Assembly (NCBI GenBank): GCA_951406725.2 | Contig: OX597815.1 | Span: 79,732,001 to 79,796,000, forward strand | DNA length: 64,000 nt | Direction: 5' to 3' | From: Octopus vulgaris | Lineage: Eukaryota | Shown here: positions 42,848-57,016 of the stretch, piece by piece | Position numbering within the stretch: the first letter of the stretch is position 1 | How the letters are laid out: each line of letters begins with the position of its first letter | Program-made: the position numbers and the translations under genes | Notes under the pieces: model-generated | Database searches by the model: none | Seen by the model: only the letters and a program-made list of their open reading frames with translations | Told to the model about the DNA's origin: nothing

Positions 42848-43172
42848 TAGGAGCACTCCGTCGGTTACAACGACGCGGGTCCCAGCTGATATGATAATCG
42901 GAACAGCCTGCTCGTGAAATTAACGTGCAAGTGACTGAGCAATCCACAGACACGTGTACCCCTAACGTAGTTCTCAGGGATATTCAGCGTGACACAGAGT
43001 GTGACAAGGCCAGCCCTTTGAAATACAGGTACAATTCATTTTTGCCAGCTGAGTGGACTGGAGCAACGTGAAATAAATTGTCTTGCTCAAGGACACAACG
43101 CGTCGCCGGGAATCGAACTCACGACCTTACAATCGTGAGCCGAATGTCCTAAACACTATGCCACGCGCCTTC
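42848..43172 (-). mobile_element. SINE family C (tail variant 3)
   Basis: Head tgaaggcgcgtggcatagtg..gagttcgattccc and shared core. Confidence 0.85.
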
Positions 43173-43787
43173 ACGTACATATATATATATATACATATAT
43201 AAACACACACACACATATATACATACACGCATGCATGCATGCATACATGCATACATACATACATACATACATACATACATACATACATACATACATACAA
43301 TTACACACACATACATACGTATATAAGCAGACACATACACATTGTGTGGGATATAACGTCCCAGAATATCTCTTACAAGTTTATCAACTTCTCTGTAGTC
43401 ACACCAAGAAATTCACATTGGAGAGGGTTTTCTTTTATATGATAAAGCATTGCAAACACAAGAACCAGTTCTGATTTTCTTTAAACGTCGCTATGCATTG
43501 CTATTAGGTTAAACATGGCTGACCTCCTGGTTATGTAATAAGTGTGTATGTTTGCACGCACACAGAGGAACATATGCACAAGCACATACATATATCATTT
43601 ATGTATATCTATATACATACATGTACACACATGTATGTATAAAATTATAAATTAGGGTATCTACAAAATACCACCATGCTGAAAATAGCAGCCATGATTC
43701 GACTCTAAAACCACCTTAATTGTCCATATCGCAAACACAGAGAGAAAACAAAGAGATAAGATGAAGCTAGTAAAAAATTACTGGATA

Positions 43788-43846
43788 ATTCTAGATCCCG
43801 GATTTCTGACTTTGCATTTAGGAATGCTTTGCCTCGTCAGTAGAAT
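43788..43846 (-). ncRNA. Type I hammerhead ribozyme, canonical core
   Basis: ATTCTA-CTGACGA-GGC AAA GCATT CCTA AATGC AAA GTC-A-GAAA-TCC G GGA-TC-TAGAAT. Confidence 0.8.
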
Positions 43847-43929
43847 ACACGCAGAAAAGAAACATAAATATATATATATATAAATACAATATACGAATTA
43901 TATATACATGTATGTATATATATATGTAC

Positions 43930-43962
<33 letters not shown>

Positions 43963-44047
43963 TGTATGTATGTATGTATGTATGTATGTATGTATGTATG
44001 TATGAATATGTGTATGTATGTACACACACACACACACACATATATAT

Positions 44048-44530
<483 letters not shown>

Positions 44531-45173
44531 AAAAAATGTTAAAAAATATAGATAATAAGTTTAAAAAACATATAATACACAAACAAAACAGACGCAGAAG
44601 GTCACCAAATCCTCATCAGTTATCGGCTAGAAGGTCAGCCGCAATTTCGTGTCTTTAACAATAATTTTGATCATATTCCTATTTTGTTTTTCACACAATA
44701 ACTTGTGAACGTTGAACTATGTAAAATGTTAGAGAAGAATCCCAGCTGTTTTCTTGCAATACATACGAATACATACATCTAAAGACAAAGTTTTTCAGGG
44801 GATCTTAAAATACTATCGTGGATCCCTAATTTTTACTATTTTTTTGCGTAAAGTCCCTACAATCTTATAAGGATTCTCGGGGGCTATATGAACCCTGGTT
44901 GAGAACCACTGATGTACATAATTTTAGGCATACTCTTCTATTTCCTGTCCTTACATACACACACACGTACATACATACATACATACATACATACATACAT
45001 ACATACATACACGCATACATATCATATTCGTACAAGCAAACGCACGCACCCTACCCCACACATATATAAATTGACGGCTAAGATTTAATATAATTGATAT
45101 TAGAGATAATAAGGACTAAGTTGGCACTAACAATGCAAAATATCGTGTGTGTGTGTGTATACATATGTGTGTG

Positions 45174-45213
<40 letters not shown>

Positions 45214-45476
45214 CGTGTGTGTGTGAGTACGCATGTATGTATATACATCTATGTATAAGCATGCATACAGGTGTGTGTGTGTGTGTGTGAATTTGTATGT
45301 GTGTTCCTGTGGATATAAGAAATGGAAATATCAGAAGCCGCTCCAATACTTATTAAGTTTCCCGTCTCTTCATAAACAACAAGACCGGAAATAATCATAT
45401 CTCTGCCAGCAGTTCACTAACTAGTACCCACATGCCTGGTTAAGAAATTATTATTATGGGTGTTGTTGTTTTTGTA

Positions 45477-45550
<74 letters not shown>

Positions 45551-45782
45551 CATTATTATTATTATTATTGCTTTTGCAAGGGAAAGACGTCATTTTGGAG
45601 CTTGTAAGTTGTTATTAAAGTTTGTTGTTTTGAAGAAAGTTAGTTTGGTTTTGTTGTGCCATTTGTTATAAGTCAGTCAACATTCTCTGAGGCTAGTTGG
45701 CTTTGTGGAATTTTCGTCTTTTCTGAACGAATTCTGTAACTTTTAATTGCAAAGTTACTTATTTAAAAAAAAATATAGCTTC

Positions 45783-46175
45783 TCAAATCGAGAGAACTGA
45801 TGGCTCTTGGAAGAGCCGCTTTGAATACTGTTCGTCGTCACAACATGCTATAGTTAAATGAGAATTGATAGATATCAACAGCAATGACAACAATGGCAAC
45901 AATACAAATGAAAAGAAACGTGAAAGCAACTTTACCATCACATATCGACTTTCTTTTGGCAGCCATAATATAAGGCATAGAAAAGAATTGACTATTTTGC
46001 AAGTCCACAGACTGGGAAAGGGAAATTGGTTAGCCAAATGGATAGAACTATTAATCCAACCGATCAAGAAGCATGGAGGCCATCCCTCACTTGATAAACC
46101 TTCAAAATGGTAGTAACTCTTTATAGCGATTAGGGGTAGACGATTTGACGCCCGATATGTGGAGACGCAAACCAT
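45783..46175 (-). other. Candidate exon of unknown gene or lncRNA
   Basis: Strong acceptor (polyT-GCAG|ATGG) at 46176; 130-codon open frame in unique sequence; no recognisable homology. Confidence 0.3.
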
Positions 46176-47737
46176 CTGCAAAAAAAAAAGAACAAATGTA
46201 GAAAGATTTCCTCTGTTGCCGACGCCACATAGATTTATAATTTGTACGGTCGATGTAGACAGGCTCCGTAGGTAAGGAACCGGTTACTGGAAGCTAAACG
46301 TTTCGATTCCGGCGTGCCAAGTGTACAGAGGCCGGTTTAGTGAATTCATTATGCGGGCGTTGACGGAGGCAACTGTCAACAATAAATTGTAATTTACTTT
46401 TAATAGGGTGATTAGATTAGATTCAATTAGGTATAGTAAGTGCGTAGCGATAGAGAAAAATAGAATAGGGGGAAATTTAGCTAGAAAATTAGAAGAAACG
46501 CTACGAATATGAAGAAATTAGATTTCTCTTTAAAGGTTGTGAAATGAACAATATCCTATATTGCCGGTTTGAATAAATGTCGAACTAAACAACTTTAATT
46601 TTATTCCCAAGGTTCCTGCGTTCAAATCCTATCCCTATCGAACGTTCATCTCATTCTTTCGGGAGTCAATAAAACGAGTATCTGGCACGTAATAGTGTCG
46701 ACCACACCCCCTCCTCTATAAATTTTGTGATCTTGTTTCAGTGCACTGGTAAGAAAAGTGTAGAACTGGGTGGTGTCTAAGTTTAGATACATGTAGTTTC
46801 TGAGTTTTGCTGTTTTATGTTCTGCGTTCAAATCCAACAAGGGTTTACTTTACTTTTTTTCCCTTCTGAGTTTCATGAAGTAATTAGCAGTTTCATAGAC
46901 AATAGACTTTACTATAAATATTAGGGCATTTACCAAAGTTTGAACTTTTCGTTGTTTCAGTTCTCGAAAATGTTAGAATGTTGGACGGACTAAAGTATTT
47001 AGTTAATTCAATTCGTTATAAATTCAAATATTGTGAGACGAAGTCTGTTTGTATGTCGCTCTAGGCAAAAAAAAAAAAAAATTATATCACAATAAAACGT
47101 AATTGATGAACTCGATAAAATTTATTGTTGTGAGCCAATCATCATCATCATTATCACCACCACCGTCCCCATATTGATCATAGTCATAATTATCTTTATA
47201 GTTTCTTGTATCAGTATCAATTTACTAAATTATACTGTTTATCTCTGAAGAGTGTTCCAAAGACTTATTTTTTCAAATCTATTGTTTTTCACCTTGATAT
47301 TTTTGTTAGGTCCGCCATTTGAAATGTTGCATTTAGAGAGTTTGATTTTATTTACTTCCTTTGTGTCTGTTTCCTGTACTGATTTCATAGACTTTTAAAC
47401 AAATTTTGACGGTGTTTCAAAGAGTTAACGTCTAATGTCTAACAACAGAGAAAACAGTGTCTGGGGAACATACAGTAACTCAGCCGGTTCCATAACTCGT
47501 GCAAGAACTTGTTTTGTATTCGGATCGTAGTTCAAAGGCATCCAAAGATCCTGAAGGTAGTATCTTCAATAGCTCTGAAAAACTTTTGAAATAGGATTCA
47601 CATTTATCGATATGTGGACTCAGGAGATTTAGATATTCGATACTCCAGAAAGCCATTTGCGTATACCAAGAAAAACATGCATACAGCTTCTAAGCTGCCT
47701 ACATTGCACTCAACAATGGTCACCATAAACCAATGAC

Positions 47738-47863
<126 letters not shown>

Positions 47864-47932
47864 TTATATCTATACATGTATATCTGTAAGTGTATATATG
47901 TAATTTATACCTATCTATCTATCTATCAATCA

Positions 47933-48076
<144 letters not shown>

Positions 48077-48685
48077 GACTATATGTTTATATATTTGTAT
48101 GTATGTATGTATCTATATATGTATGTATGTATTAGAAAGTTTTAATATCGCTGAAAACCTTTGAACTGGGATACAACAAATTCATCGATCTCTGGACTCA
48201 AGAGATTCATGCATTTGAAACACCAGAAAACTAAGGCGTACCAGCAAGAAAAAAAATACAAAAAACAACAACAAAAAAACAACATAATATATACCACGTT
48301 CCAAAGCTTGTATACTGCGCAGAACAATGAATGCCAAAAGCAAATGACAATTTTATATATGTCTGCTAAATGCAAATTGATATTATGAATATTAAAATTA
48401 AATAACATACTTAACATTTAATAATAGTATCAGTAGCATCCACTTAATTCTGGCTTGTAAATGTGTCAATAGAATTTGTCAATATTAATTATGGCTTATA
48501 AATGTGTTAATATAATTTCAGCTGTATGACATTAAAGTATGTATTTTATACGATTTCCGTATATTGTATCTGTATAATGAGAGTAATGTACACCGCCTAA
48601 TTATATACACGCACACATACATACATGCATACATACATACATACATACAAACATAAATACATACATACATACATACATACATACA

Positions 48686-48718
<33 letters not shown>

Positions 48719-48770
48719 GTATCCGTATATATGCATATATATATATATATATATACATATATATAGATAT

Positions 48771-48843
<73 letters not shown>

Positions 48844-48999
48844 CATACATACATATATGTGTATATGTATATACATATATATTCATGTATGTATATATAT
48901 ATATATATATATAAATATATGTATATATACATACATGTATATATACGTGTATATATTAATAAATATATATATTTATATCTATATATGTATATATATATA

Positions 49000-49031
<32 letters not shown>

Positions 49032-49033
49032 CA

Positions 49034-49069
<36 letters not shown>

Positions 49070-49473
49070 TGTATATAGCTCATGCAACACACAAGTATGC
49101 ATGTTTGTACACACACATACATACACACACACACACACACAATCACGTACAAACGTACGCATATTAGATTTACAGGATCAATCACAACGTGGCACAGTCG
49201 ACAATCGTTCGGCATTAATTTCAACATTTCTTTTTGTTTTTTTCTTTTCCTATTTCTTTGCCAATATGTTTCTTAAATATGTTCAATGTATATATAACTA
49301 TTATCAAAATGACACTGCAATTATGATATACATCATAAGTAACAAAATAACTTGCTGAATAATTTATGTAATTGCTGCAGTAAATCGTGAATGACAAAGT
49401 GTAAAGGAAATATAGATTGTTGTTTAGTTTTCTTATCTAGCTCTTGGTAGCAGCGGCTGTCCTCTCATTTTCA

Positions 49474-49508
<35 letters not shown>

Positions 49509-49954
49509 TTCTTTCTTCTTTCTTTCTTATTTTATTTCTTTGTGTCAGGGCAGATCTTTCCTTCCTTCCTTCCTTCCTTCCTTCCTTCCTTCCTTCCTTC
49601 CTTCCTTTCTCCCTCCCTCCCTCGCTCCATCGCTCCCTTTCTCCATCTGCCTGCCTGTCTGCCTGCCTATGTCACTGTCTGTCTGTTTGCCTGTCTGTCT
49701 GTCTCTCCCTCCCTCTCCCCTCTCTCTCTGTCTCATTCTAGCTATTTAACTATCTATCTTTAGCCATATCTCTTTACTGCTTGTTCTCACACATTTTTCT
49801 TTTCTGCTCATCTACTTTCGCCATCGAATGCGCACAATCACGTATGCGCTTGTGCACACATGTATATAAAAAAATGCTTTTCTTCAGTATTTTTACAATC
49901 CCTCTGTGTGTGTGTATATGTATATATATATATATATATGTACATATATATGTG

Positions 49955-50143
49955 ACAGATCGTTAGCCACTATACACATTTTTTTCTCTCCTTGTTTCTC
50001 TCCTTGCTTTTTCTGTGTACCTTTCTGTAGAAGAGCGTAGACTCGAAACGCAAAAGACCTTTTCTATTCCTGAGCGTTATACTAATGCATCTGTTTGTTT
50101 TGTACACCACATGTCTTCGTCTTTTGTTTTTTTCGTAAACTTT

Positions 50144-50148
<5 letters not shown>
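49955..50148 (+). mobile_element. ~200-bp hammerhead-bearing insert (copy 2), motif at 50021-50056
   Basis: CTTT-CTGTAGA-A-GAGC GTAG ACTC-GAAA-CG-CA-AAAG; paralog of 21291-21498. Confidence 0.8.
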
Positions 50149-50187
<39 letters not shown>

Positions 50188-50196
50188 CAACAAAAT

Positions 50197-50234
50197 CTGT
50201 TACTCTGAGTTTCTCGTTGCCGTTCATCAGACAG
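50197..50234 (-). ncRNA. Minimal hammerhead (left arm of palindrome)
   Basis: CTGT-CTGATGA-ACG GCAA CGA-GAAA-CTC A GAG-TA-ACAG on the minus strand. Confidence 0.8.
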
Positions 50235-50249
50235 TTTTGCTAGAAAAAA

Positions 50250-50287
50250 CTGTCTGATGAACGGCAACGAGAAACTCAGAGTAACAG
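50250..50287 (+). ncRNA. Minimal hammerhead (right arm of palindrome)
   Basis: Identical motif on the plus strand. Confidence 0.8.
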
Positions 50288-50365
50288 ATTTTGTTGAATT
50301 TTCTGCTGCTTTAAGTAAAGCATATTACTCTACCACTGGTATTTGAGTACTCTTTTTTCCACCTT

Positions 50366-50491
<126 letters not shown>

Positions 50492-50500
50492 AATATATAC

Positions 50501-50588
<88 letters not shown>

Positions 50589-50650
50589 ATGTATGTATGT
50601 ATGTATGTATACACACACATACACATCCTATTTTTTTAAATTTTTTTTTC

Positions 50651-51019
50651 TTTTACGCCTTTCAGCCCAAAGGCTGTAGCTATGCTGGGGCACTGCCAGT
50701 ATCATCACCCTTTGAATAGTCATTGCTATGTGGTTGGCTTTTGGTGAAGGAGCGGGCTTGATTTTGCTGACCTCTTTTTGTTTATTTTTTTGGCTTCTTT
50801 CTGTGACGTAGACTCATCTGGGATCACGAACAGCAGAAGCAGTAAATCTTTCAGGTTATTTGGCAAGATGTTAAATAGCTGTCGGTCTTTGAATCCCAAG
50901 TTATTGTTGTATCTGGCCCTCATTCTAGACGAGATGGGTGAGACATTTGGAACAGTGCAGTGGTGATCTGCCAAAGTTTGGTGTCAGCCCCCTCTGTGAC
51001 CTTCTGTATATATATATAA

Positions 51020-51070
<51 letters not shown>

Positions 51071-51965
51071 CGCATATATCCCGTCTTCACTCAAAGGAGC
51101 AGAGTCGTCATTCTCTTACAGCAGGTCAAGTATTTCATTCACGCAATCATTTTGGTGTAGCCCTGCAGAACAATCTCGAGTTCCACTATTAATTTGTCAC
51201 TGTGGGGTGACCATAATTAAGAGCAGTAGTCCAGACGACTGAAGACAAATGTCCTCCATAGGAATAATATAGTTTCCTGGTCCGTTGTTCGGAAAATTCT
51301 CAGAATCCATCTGGCCATTCGTATGTACATTTCTGCCTTCTTGGTGATATGTGCATGGAACGAGGTATCATTATTCTCATCAACTGTCATGCTACGAACT
51401 GTATATTCTCTAGGATTGTCACTCGTTTTTGGTCCGAAGAATATTGGTTGCAGTGCGTTAGCGCAAGCTGGCTGAAAGCGGGGGGTTTGGAATTTTCCTG
51501 CATTAAATTACAAATTATACACAGTATACTCTTTTACTCTTTTACTTGTTTCTGTCATTTGACTGCGGCCATGCAGGAGCACCGCCTTTCTAGATCTTTC
51601 CGTTGAAGATTAGCCGCTAGAGGGTCCTTGACTGCTCGTACTACTTTTATATCATCAACATAGCTAGTAAGTGTGGCTGGCTGTGTAACTGATAGCGTGT
51701 TCAAGAGAGCCTCCACGAACAACAGCGGCTCTGAGACAGTTTCCTGAAGTATTCCACTCGCTATTCATGTCTCCCGAGGGCGCTATTAGCTGCTACAGCC
51801 TGGCTTCGGTTTTGTAAGAAGTCATGTAACCTATCTCCCAGTTTACTAACTGTGCTGAATCCACGTAGTTCTTGACATACCCTGTGACCAACTTTATCAA
51901 AAGCCTTTGCAAAATCGAGATACATCACATCCACATCTGGATTTGTTTCATTGTCCAGTGATAAT
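50651..51965 (-). mobile_element. 5'-truncated CR1-type LINE (RT relic and 3' UTR)
   Basis: VDVMYLDFAKAFDKV, DFLQNRSQAV, TSYVDDIKV (about 51640-51670) and QLFNILP..IPDE C-terminus; many stops and frameshifts; secondary TA and SINE-tail insertions. Confidence 0.85.
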
Positions 51966-53399
51966 GATGCAGAAGCCAGCTTCATCAAGAGAGGAAGGCA
52001 TATATATAGTCATGATTTTAACACACACGCACACACCTCACGCACGCACACACACACAGTCACACACACACGCGCACACACGCACACACGCACGCACACA
52101 CGTACACACGCACACACGCACGCGCATGAACATACACACATGTTGAAATCATGACTCTCTTTTTATCAATTTTCTTTTTTTTCATATTTTCGTGTGAGAT
52201 ATAGTTTGTTTGCAACAATAAACTTTCCAAATATATCATCAACTTGTCCCATCTTCTGGATGAAGTGATATTGGTGCGTGTTGCAGGCTCAATAACATTG
52301 ATTTTTGACATATACCTCCGGAATATGAATGAGTTTATACATCATTAGTCAATGAGTGTATGCTTTTTGCTTATGAGTAGTTTATGCTATCTGTGTGCTT
52401 ACTTTGGCACAGTACTCTGCTATGACTATTGCATTCGTCTAGTTGCCTATTTTTAGAGTCGATACTATCTTCCAATTACAAGGATAATATGACCAAACCC
52501 GAAAACTGTCGAACTCGTTTTACTCTACCCAATCCTGTAGAATATCAGAGTAGAAAAAAAAAACAACAACCCAGAAATAAAGAAGATGAAATTCAAGACT
52601 TACTCTGAGTAGGGTGTTATAAAAATAAATTCATTGTACAATAACCACTCAACACGAAACTGAAATAGGTTCTACAAGATTTAAAAGATAAAGACAGCAT
52701 CGTAATATATAAAAGAACAACAGTAATATGTATGTATCCATGGATAAAAGCAAATATATTACAAAAATAGAATTATAAATGTTAATAATGTCGACAAGCA
52801 GAGAGTTTACCACGGCACAGGAGCAGTAAAAATATGAAACTTGGAAACAGTCTGCTTGTGCAAGTGCTGTCGATCGAAAACTCCTCATACCAGACACTAG
52901 TAGGTTTCAGGGATCATCAGGAGAGAATGCGCACTGTTTCGCGGTCTTCCTCTCAACTGCTTTACAATTCCCTTTACAACGCCCTTTTTACTGATGTGAG
53001 GCCTCGCATAATCGATCCATTTCGAGATCATTAGCACCATTCAAGTCGTGGAGTCACGCAGGTCTCATTTGCCATATATGCAAACAAGTAACTGCCTCAT
53101 GCCCACACACCACACCTCCGATCAAGATTTGCCATTCATTTTTTGCCATGTCCAATGGTTAAAAAGGGTTGACGAAACCCGATTGGAGATGTGAAAACAA
53201 CTTCCCACCCATAAATTGTGAAACGAATACGGTAACACAACACAAGATCGCTAAACAATGAATTACTGTATCAGGCAATGTACGTCGGAGAATTATAAAA
53301 CACATTCATACAAAAAAGTTTCCACTTTGCTCATAGAAAGACTGTTTAACAGTATTCCAGTGACCGAAGTAACAGAAACTACATGAGATAATATACAGA

Positions 53400-53825
53400 A
53401 GACGCAGGCGTGGCCGTGTGGTAAAATGATTGCTTCCCAAGCACATGGTTCAGGGTTCAGTCCCATTGCGTAGCACCTTCGGCAAGTGATTTCTATTATA
53501 GCTTCGGGCCGACCAAAGCTATATGCGTATATTTGGTTGGCGGAAACTGAAAGAAGCCCGTCGTATAAACACACACGCACGCATATGTGTATGTGTGTGT
53601 GTATGTGTGTGGGTGTGTGTGCGTGTGTGAGTGTTTGTCCGTCTTCCGCCACCGCCTTACAACCGGTGTTGGTGCGTTTACGTATTATAGCGGGTCAGCA
53701 TAAGAAATCGATAAAATAAGTACCCGGTTTAGAAAAAGTATTGGAGTTGATTCATTCGACCATAAAACTATTCAAGGTGGTGCCCCAGCATGGCGGCAGT
53801 GTAATGACTGAAACAAATAAAAGCT
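53400..53825 (+). mobile_element. SINE family B
   Basis: Head, internal TG tract and tail present. Confidence 0.85.
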
Positions 53826-54811
53826 AGAGAAATACCCAAGAATTAAACCAACCACGATGCCCGCTAATATATTGAAATGATTATAATCATTTCAATATTT
53901 TAACTAATAATTATTAGCGCCCGATGCATCACAAGCATTCTTTCACTGTCCATAAGGCAAGTTGAATAAGCACGAGTAGTTAGAAAGTAAAGTTGAACTC
54001 ATGATCACAAGATCGTGGGTTCGATTCTTGGATCAGGCATCAAGTTGTACCAGCAAGGCACATCACTCCTGGCTGCTCCAGTCTACTCTGCTGAAAATGA
54101 GTTCTATTCCTGTGCTGTGCAGTCTTCTCTCCCTCCAGCTGTTACATCCTCCAATTTCCACCAGATCAAGGGTGGTAATGCTGAGATGTTGTCTATGTAT
54201 GCTCACGACCATATAAGCAACTTAAACAATTAGCGGAAGCATGGTTAACGCTATTATGTAATTTTCACCTGCAAATGCGATGGGTAAACTATATGTGTAT
54301 ATAACACGGCATTTAGAATACCTTATTTCATCTTTGCTGTCATAAATTCATACTACACGCCATTCTCAATTACTTCTCTGAACTAATTTTTGTTTTAATT
54401 ATGCGTATTGCGCTAGTATTCTTTACTGTTTTTGTCTGTGTAAGGTTTATGTCTCGGTGAAATGAAGATTGGGTAACGCTGTGCTGATGACGCCCACTGA
54501 GACAGAAATACGTGGTTACTGTCGACTTTTTGTTCTTAGATATAAAAAAAATCACAAATGAACAAAAAAAGAACAGGTTGTCATTTGTTAATGGCATATT
54601 AATTCAGTAGACTGTGTTGATGTTTGGAGATTATCTCCCCTTCTAATTTGGAGTCGGCTGCAGTTATGTTTGTTTTGGTTTTCTATAAGCAAAGATAACT
54701 TCAGTAAATCTAGAATTTAAGTTGTTTGATAACTAATCTTTCTTTGAATTCGTTGTCCCGATTCCTACCACTGGCCACTCGCAGTCATTTCCTGAGCTAT
54801 ATATATATGTG

Positions 54812-54883
<72 letters not shown>

Positions 54884-55349
54884 TATATATATATATAAAA
54901 TTCAGGGTGAATACTTGATAACTGTAAGCACCTGTATATGCCAGTTAGTGGTGTAGGTAATAGAATATATTTATCAAAAGAAAAACAGGATGCAAAGGAT
55001 TTAGCGGTACATATGTTTCTGGCCTTTATTAGACGGTTTATATCAATGCATAATTGATGTAATATGTATGTCAATAGCCTTCATCAGCCGCGCACAATTA
55101 CCACGCCAAGGACATGTATTACATTATAAGTTTGGGAAAAAGACGATTTTCGTTGGGGATGCAAATCCTCATATTCGTATACAGCAGAGCGAGACACCGA
55201 AGCAAAAACAAAGCATCCATACCGTTTTTCACTCGATATAGAATGAGGAGGTTGGATGAACATGCATGTGAGTGTGTGTACTCACACACACACACACACA
55301 TACACACACAAATATATGTTTTATGTCGGGCACCCGACAGTATTGGTGT

Positions 55350-55552
55350 CACATTTTGTCAGCAAAGTCAGAGATTTCGGGGAAGGGGGTAAGTCAATTA
55401 CATATCGAGTCAGTGCGCAACTCGTACTATTTTATCGACCCCGAAAAAATGAAAGGCAAAGTCGACCTCGGCAAAAATTGAACATGCTGACGAATAAAAT
55501 GTCGCCAAGTATTTTGCCCGGCATGCTAAAGATTTTGCCAGCTCGCCGCCTT
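55350..55552 (-). mobile_element. SINE family A variant
   Basis: Core tttatcgaccccgaaa..gaaaggcaaagtcgacctcggc. Confidence 0.8.
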
Positions 55553-56059
55553 TATGTAAGTTAGATATATAGTGTTTATATGTAAGTGTGCGTGTGGTTG
55601 TGTGCGTTTTTTTTTATCTTAGTACAACCGGCGTCACTTGTAAGCAAGTATGTCTTAGTAAAATACCTTCCAAGCTTTCACTAATCCTCATCCTTAACCA
55701 TGCAGATATCTACCACGTGACAGTAGGTAGGAAGAAGAATTCTACCTGTAAACGGGCTGGCACGCATTCATAACTGAGTAAACTGAAACAATGCGAAACG
55801 AAGTGCGGTGCTCAAAAGGTTGAATGCACCGCCATGTCCTGTACTCTAACACACACTCACGCCCTTCATTGTGCACATCACACATCACGTCTCTCTTCTC
55901 CCCCCCCCATCTCCCTCTGCCTCTCTCTCTCAGACACACACACGACAGGGTTCTACAGTTTTTGTCGACAAAATTTCGCTTTGAAGGTATTAGCCAACAA
56001 GTAGGAACACTTTCTTTATACAATTTTATACTGAAGTCTTTCGCGATTCAGCTAAATTT

Positions 56060-56490
56060 TGATTTCAAACTTTGGTCCAGGGCTAGCAATTTCAGGGGAG
56101 AGGGTAAGACATTACATTGACCCCAGTGTTTAACTGGTACTTATTCTGTCGATACAGAAAGGATGAAGGACAAAGTCGACCGCGGTGGAATTTGAACTCA
56201 GAATGCAAAGACGGACGAAATGTCGCTAAGTAATTTGCCCGTTCTGCCAGTTCGCAACCGTGGATTCAGCTAAATATTTGTTTCAAATTTTGGCTCAAGG
56301 CCAGCAATTTTGTTGGGGAGGATAAGTCGATTACATCGGCCCAGTGTTCAACTGGATCTTATTTTATCGACCCAGAAAAGACGAATGGAAAAGTCGACCT
56401 CGGCGGAAGTTGAACACAGAACGTAAAGACGGACGAAATGTTGCTAAAAACATTGTTCGGCGTTCTAACGTCTGCCAGCTCGCCGCCTTA
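56060..56490 (-). mobile_element. Two adjacent SINE family A copies
   Basis: About 56060-56260 and 56278-56490, each bordered by a gattcag(c/t)taaat motif. Confidence 0.75.
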
Positions 56491-57016
56491 GATTCAGTTA
56501 AATATTGCAAAGAGGCTTTCTCGTTGCGAACTAACTCACACTTTTTACGTAAGTTTTTCGCTGCATGTTATATATTGCATAGATTTATATAATTTCCATT
56601 ACTGTAATGCCTTGTTTTTTTTATCTACCTCGAGCCATTAAAGATATAATTATAAGCTTAACCAAACAAACACCATGAAATAGAATTCCCGAGAATCGTA
56701 AAGCTCTCGACGAAACTAATTTGCGACTCATTTTTAATAACCGTTCGCAGCCATTTCACTTTAGTCACGTTGTTAATGTTCGGCTTTAATGGCATGGCTG
56801 TCACGATTTACCATTTAATGAAGGGAAAAAGAACAACAATTCAAAGCTGTTGTACTCTTGCTAGAGAGATAGCTGCCGAAATCTCCTTTAAATCCCATGT
56901 TTTGTACAAGGAAGGACACATTGGTTCATGTAGTGATGGACATATAAATAGGACGGGTTGATCACGGTTGAAACACTGTTAATCACCGCTGGGCTAAGGT
57001 CAAACATATATATACT

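Noticed and set aside
52880-52925. CTGATGA-TCCCT-GAAA on minus strand
   Set aside because: No room for stem II and no stem I pairing.
54451-54520. 9-bp stem enclosing ATGAAGA/CTGATGA/CTGA (snoRNA, SECIS or hammerhead?)
   Set aside because: Spacing and helices fit none of the three models.
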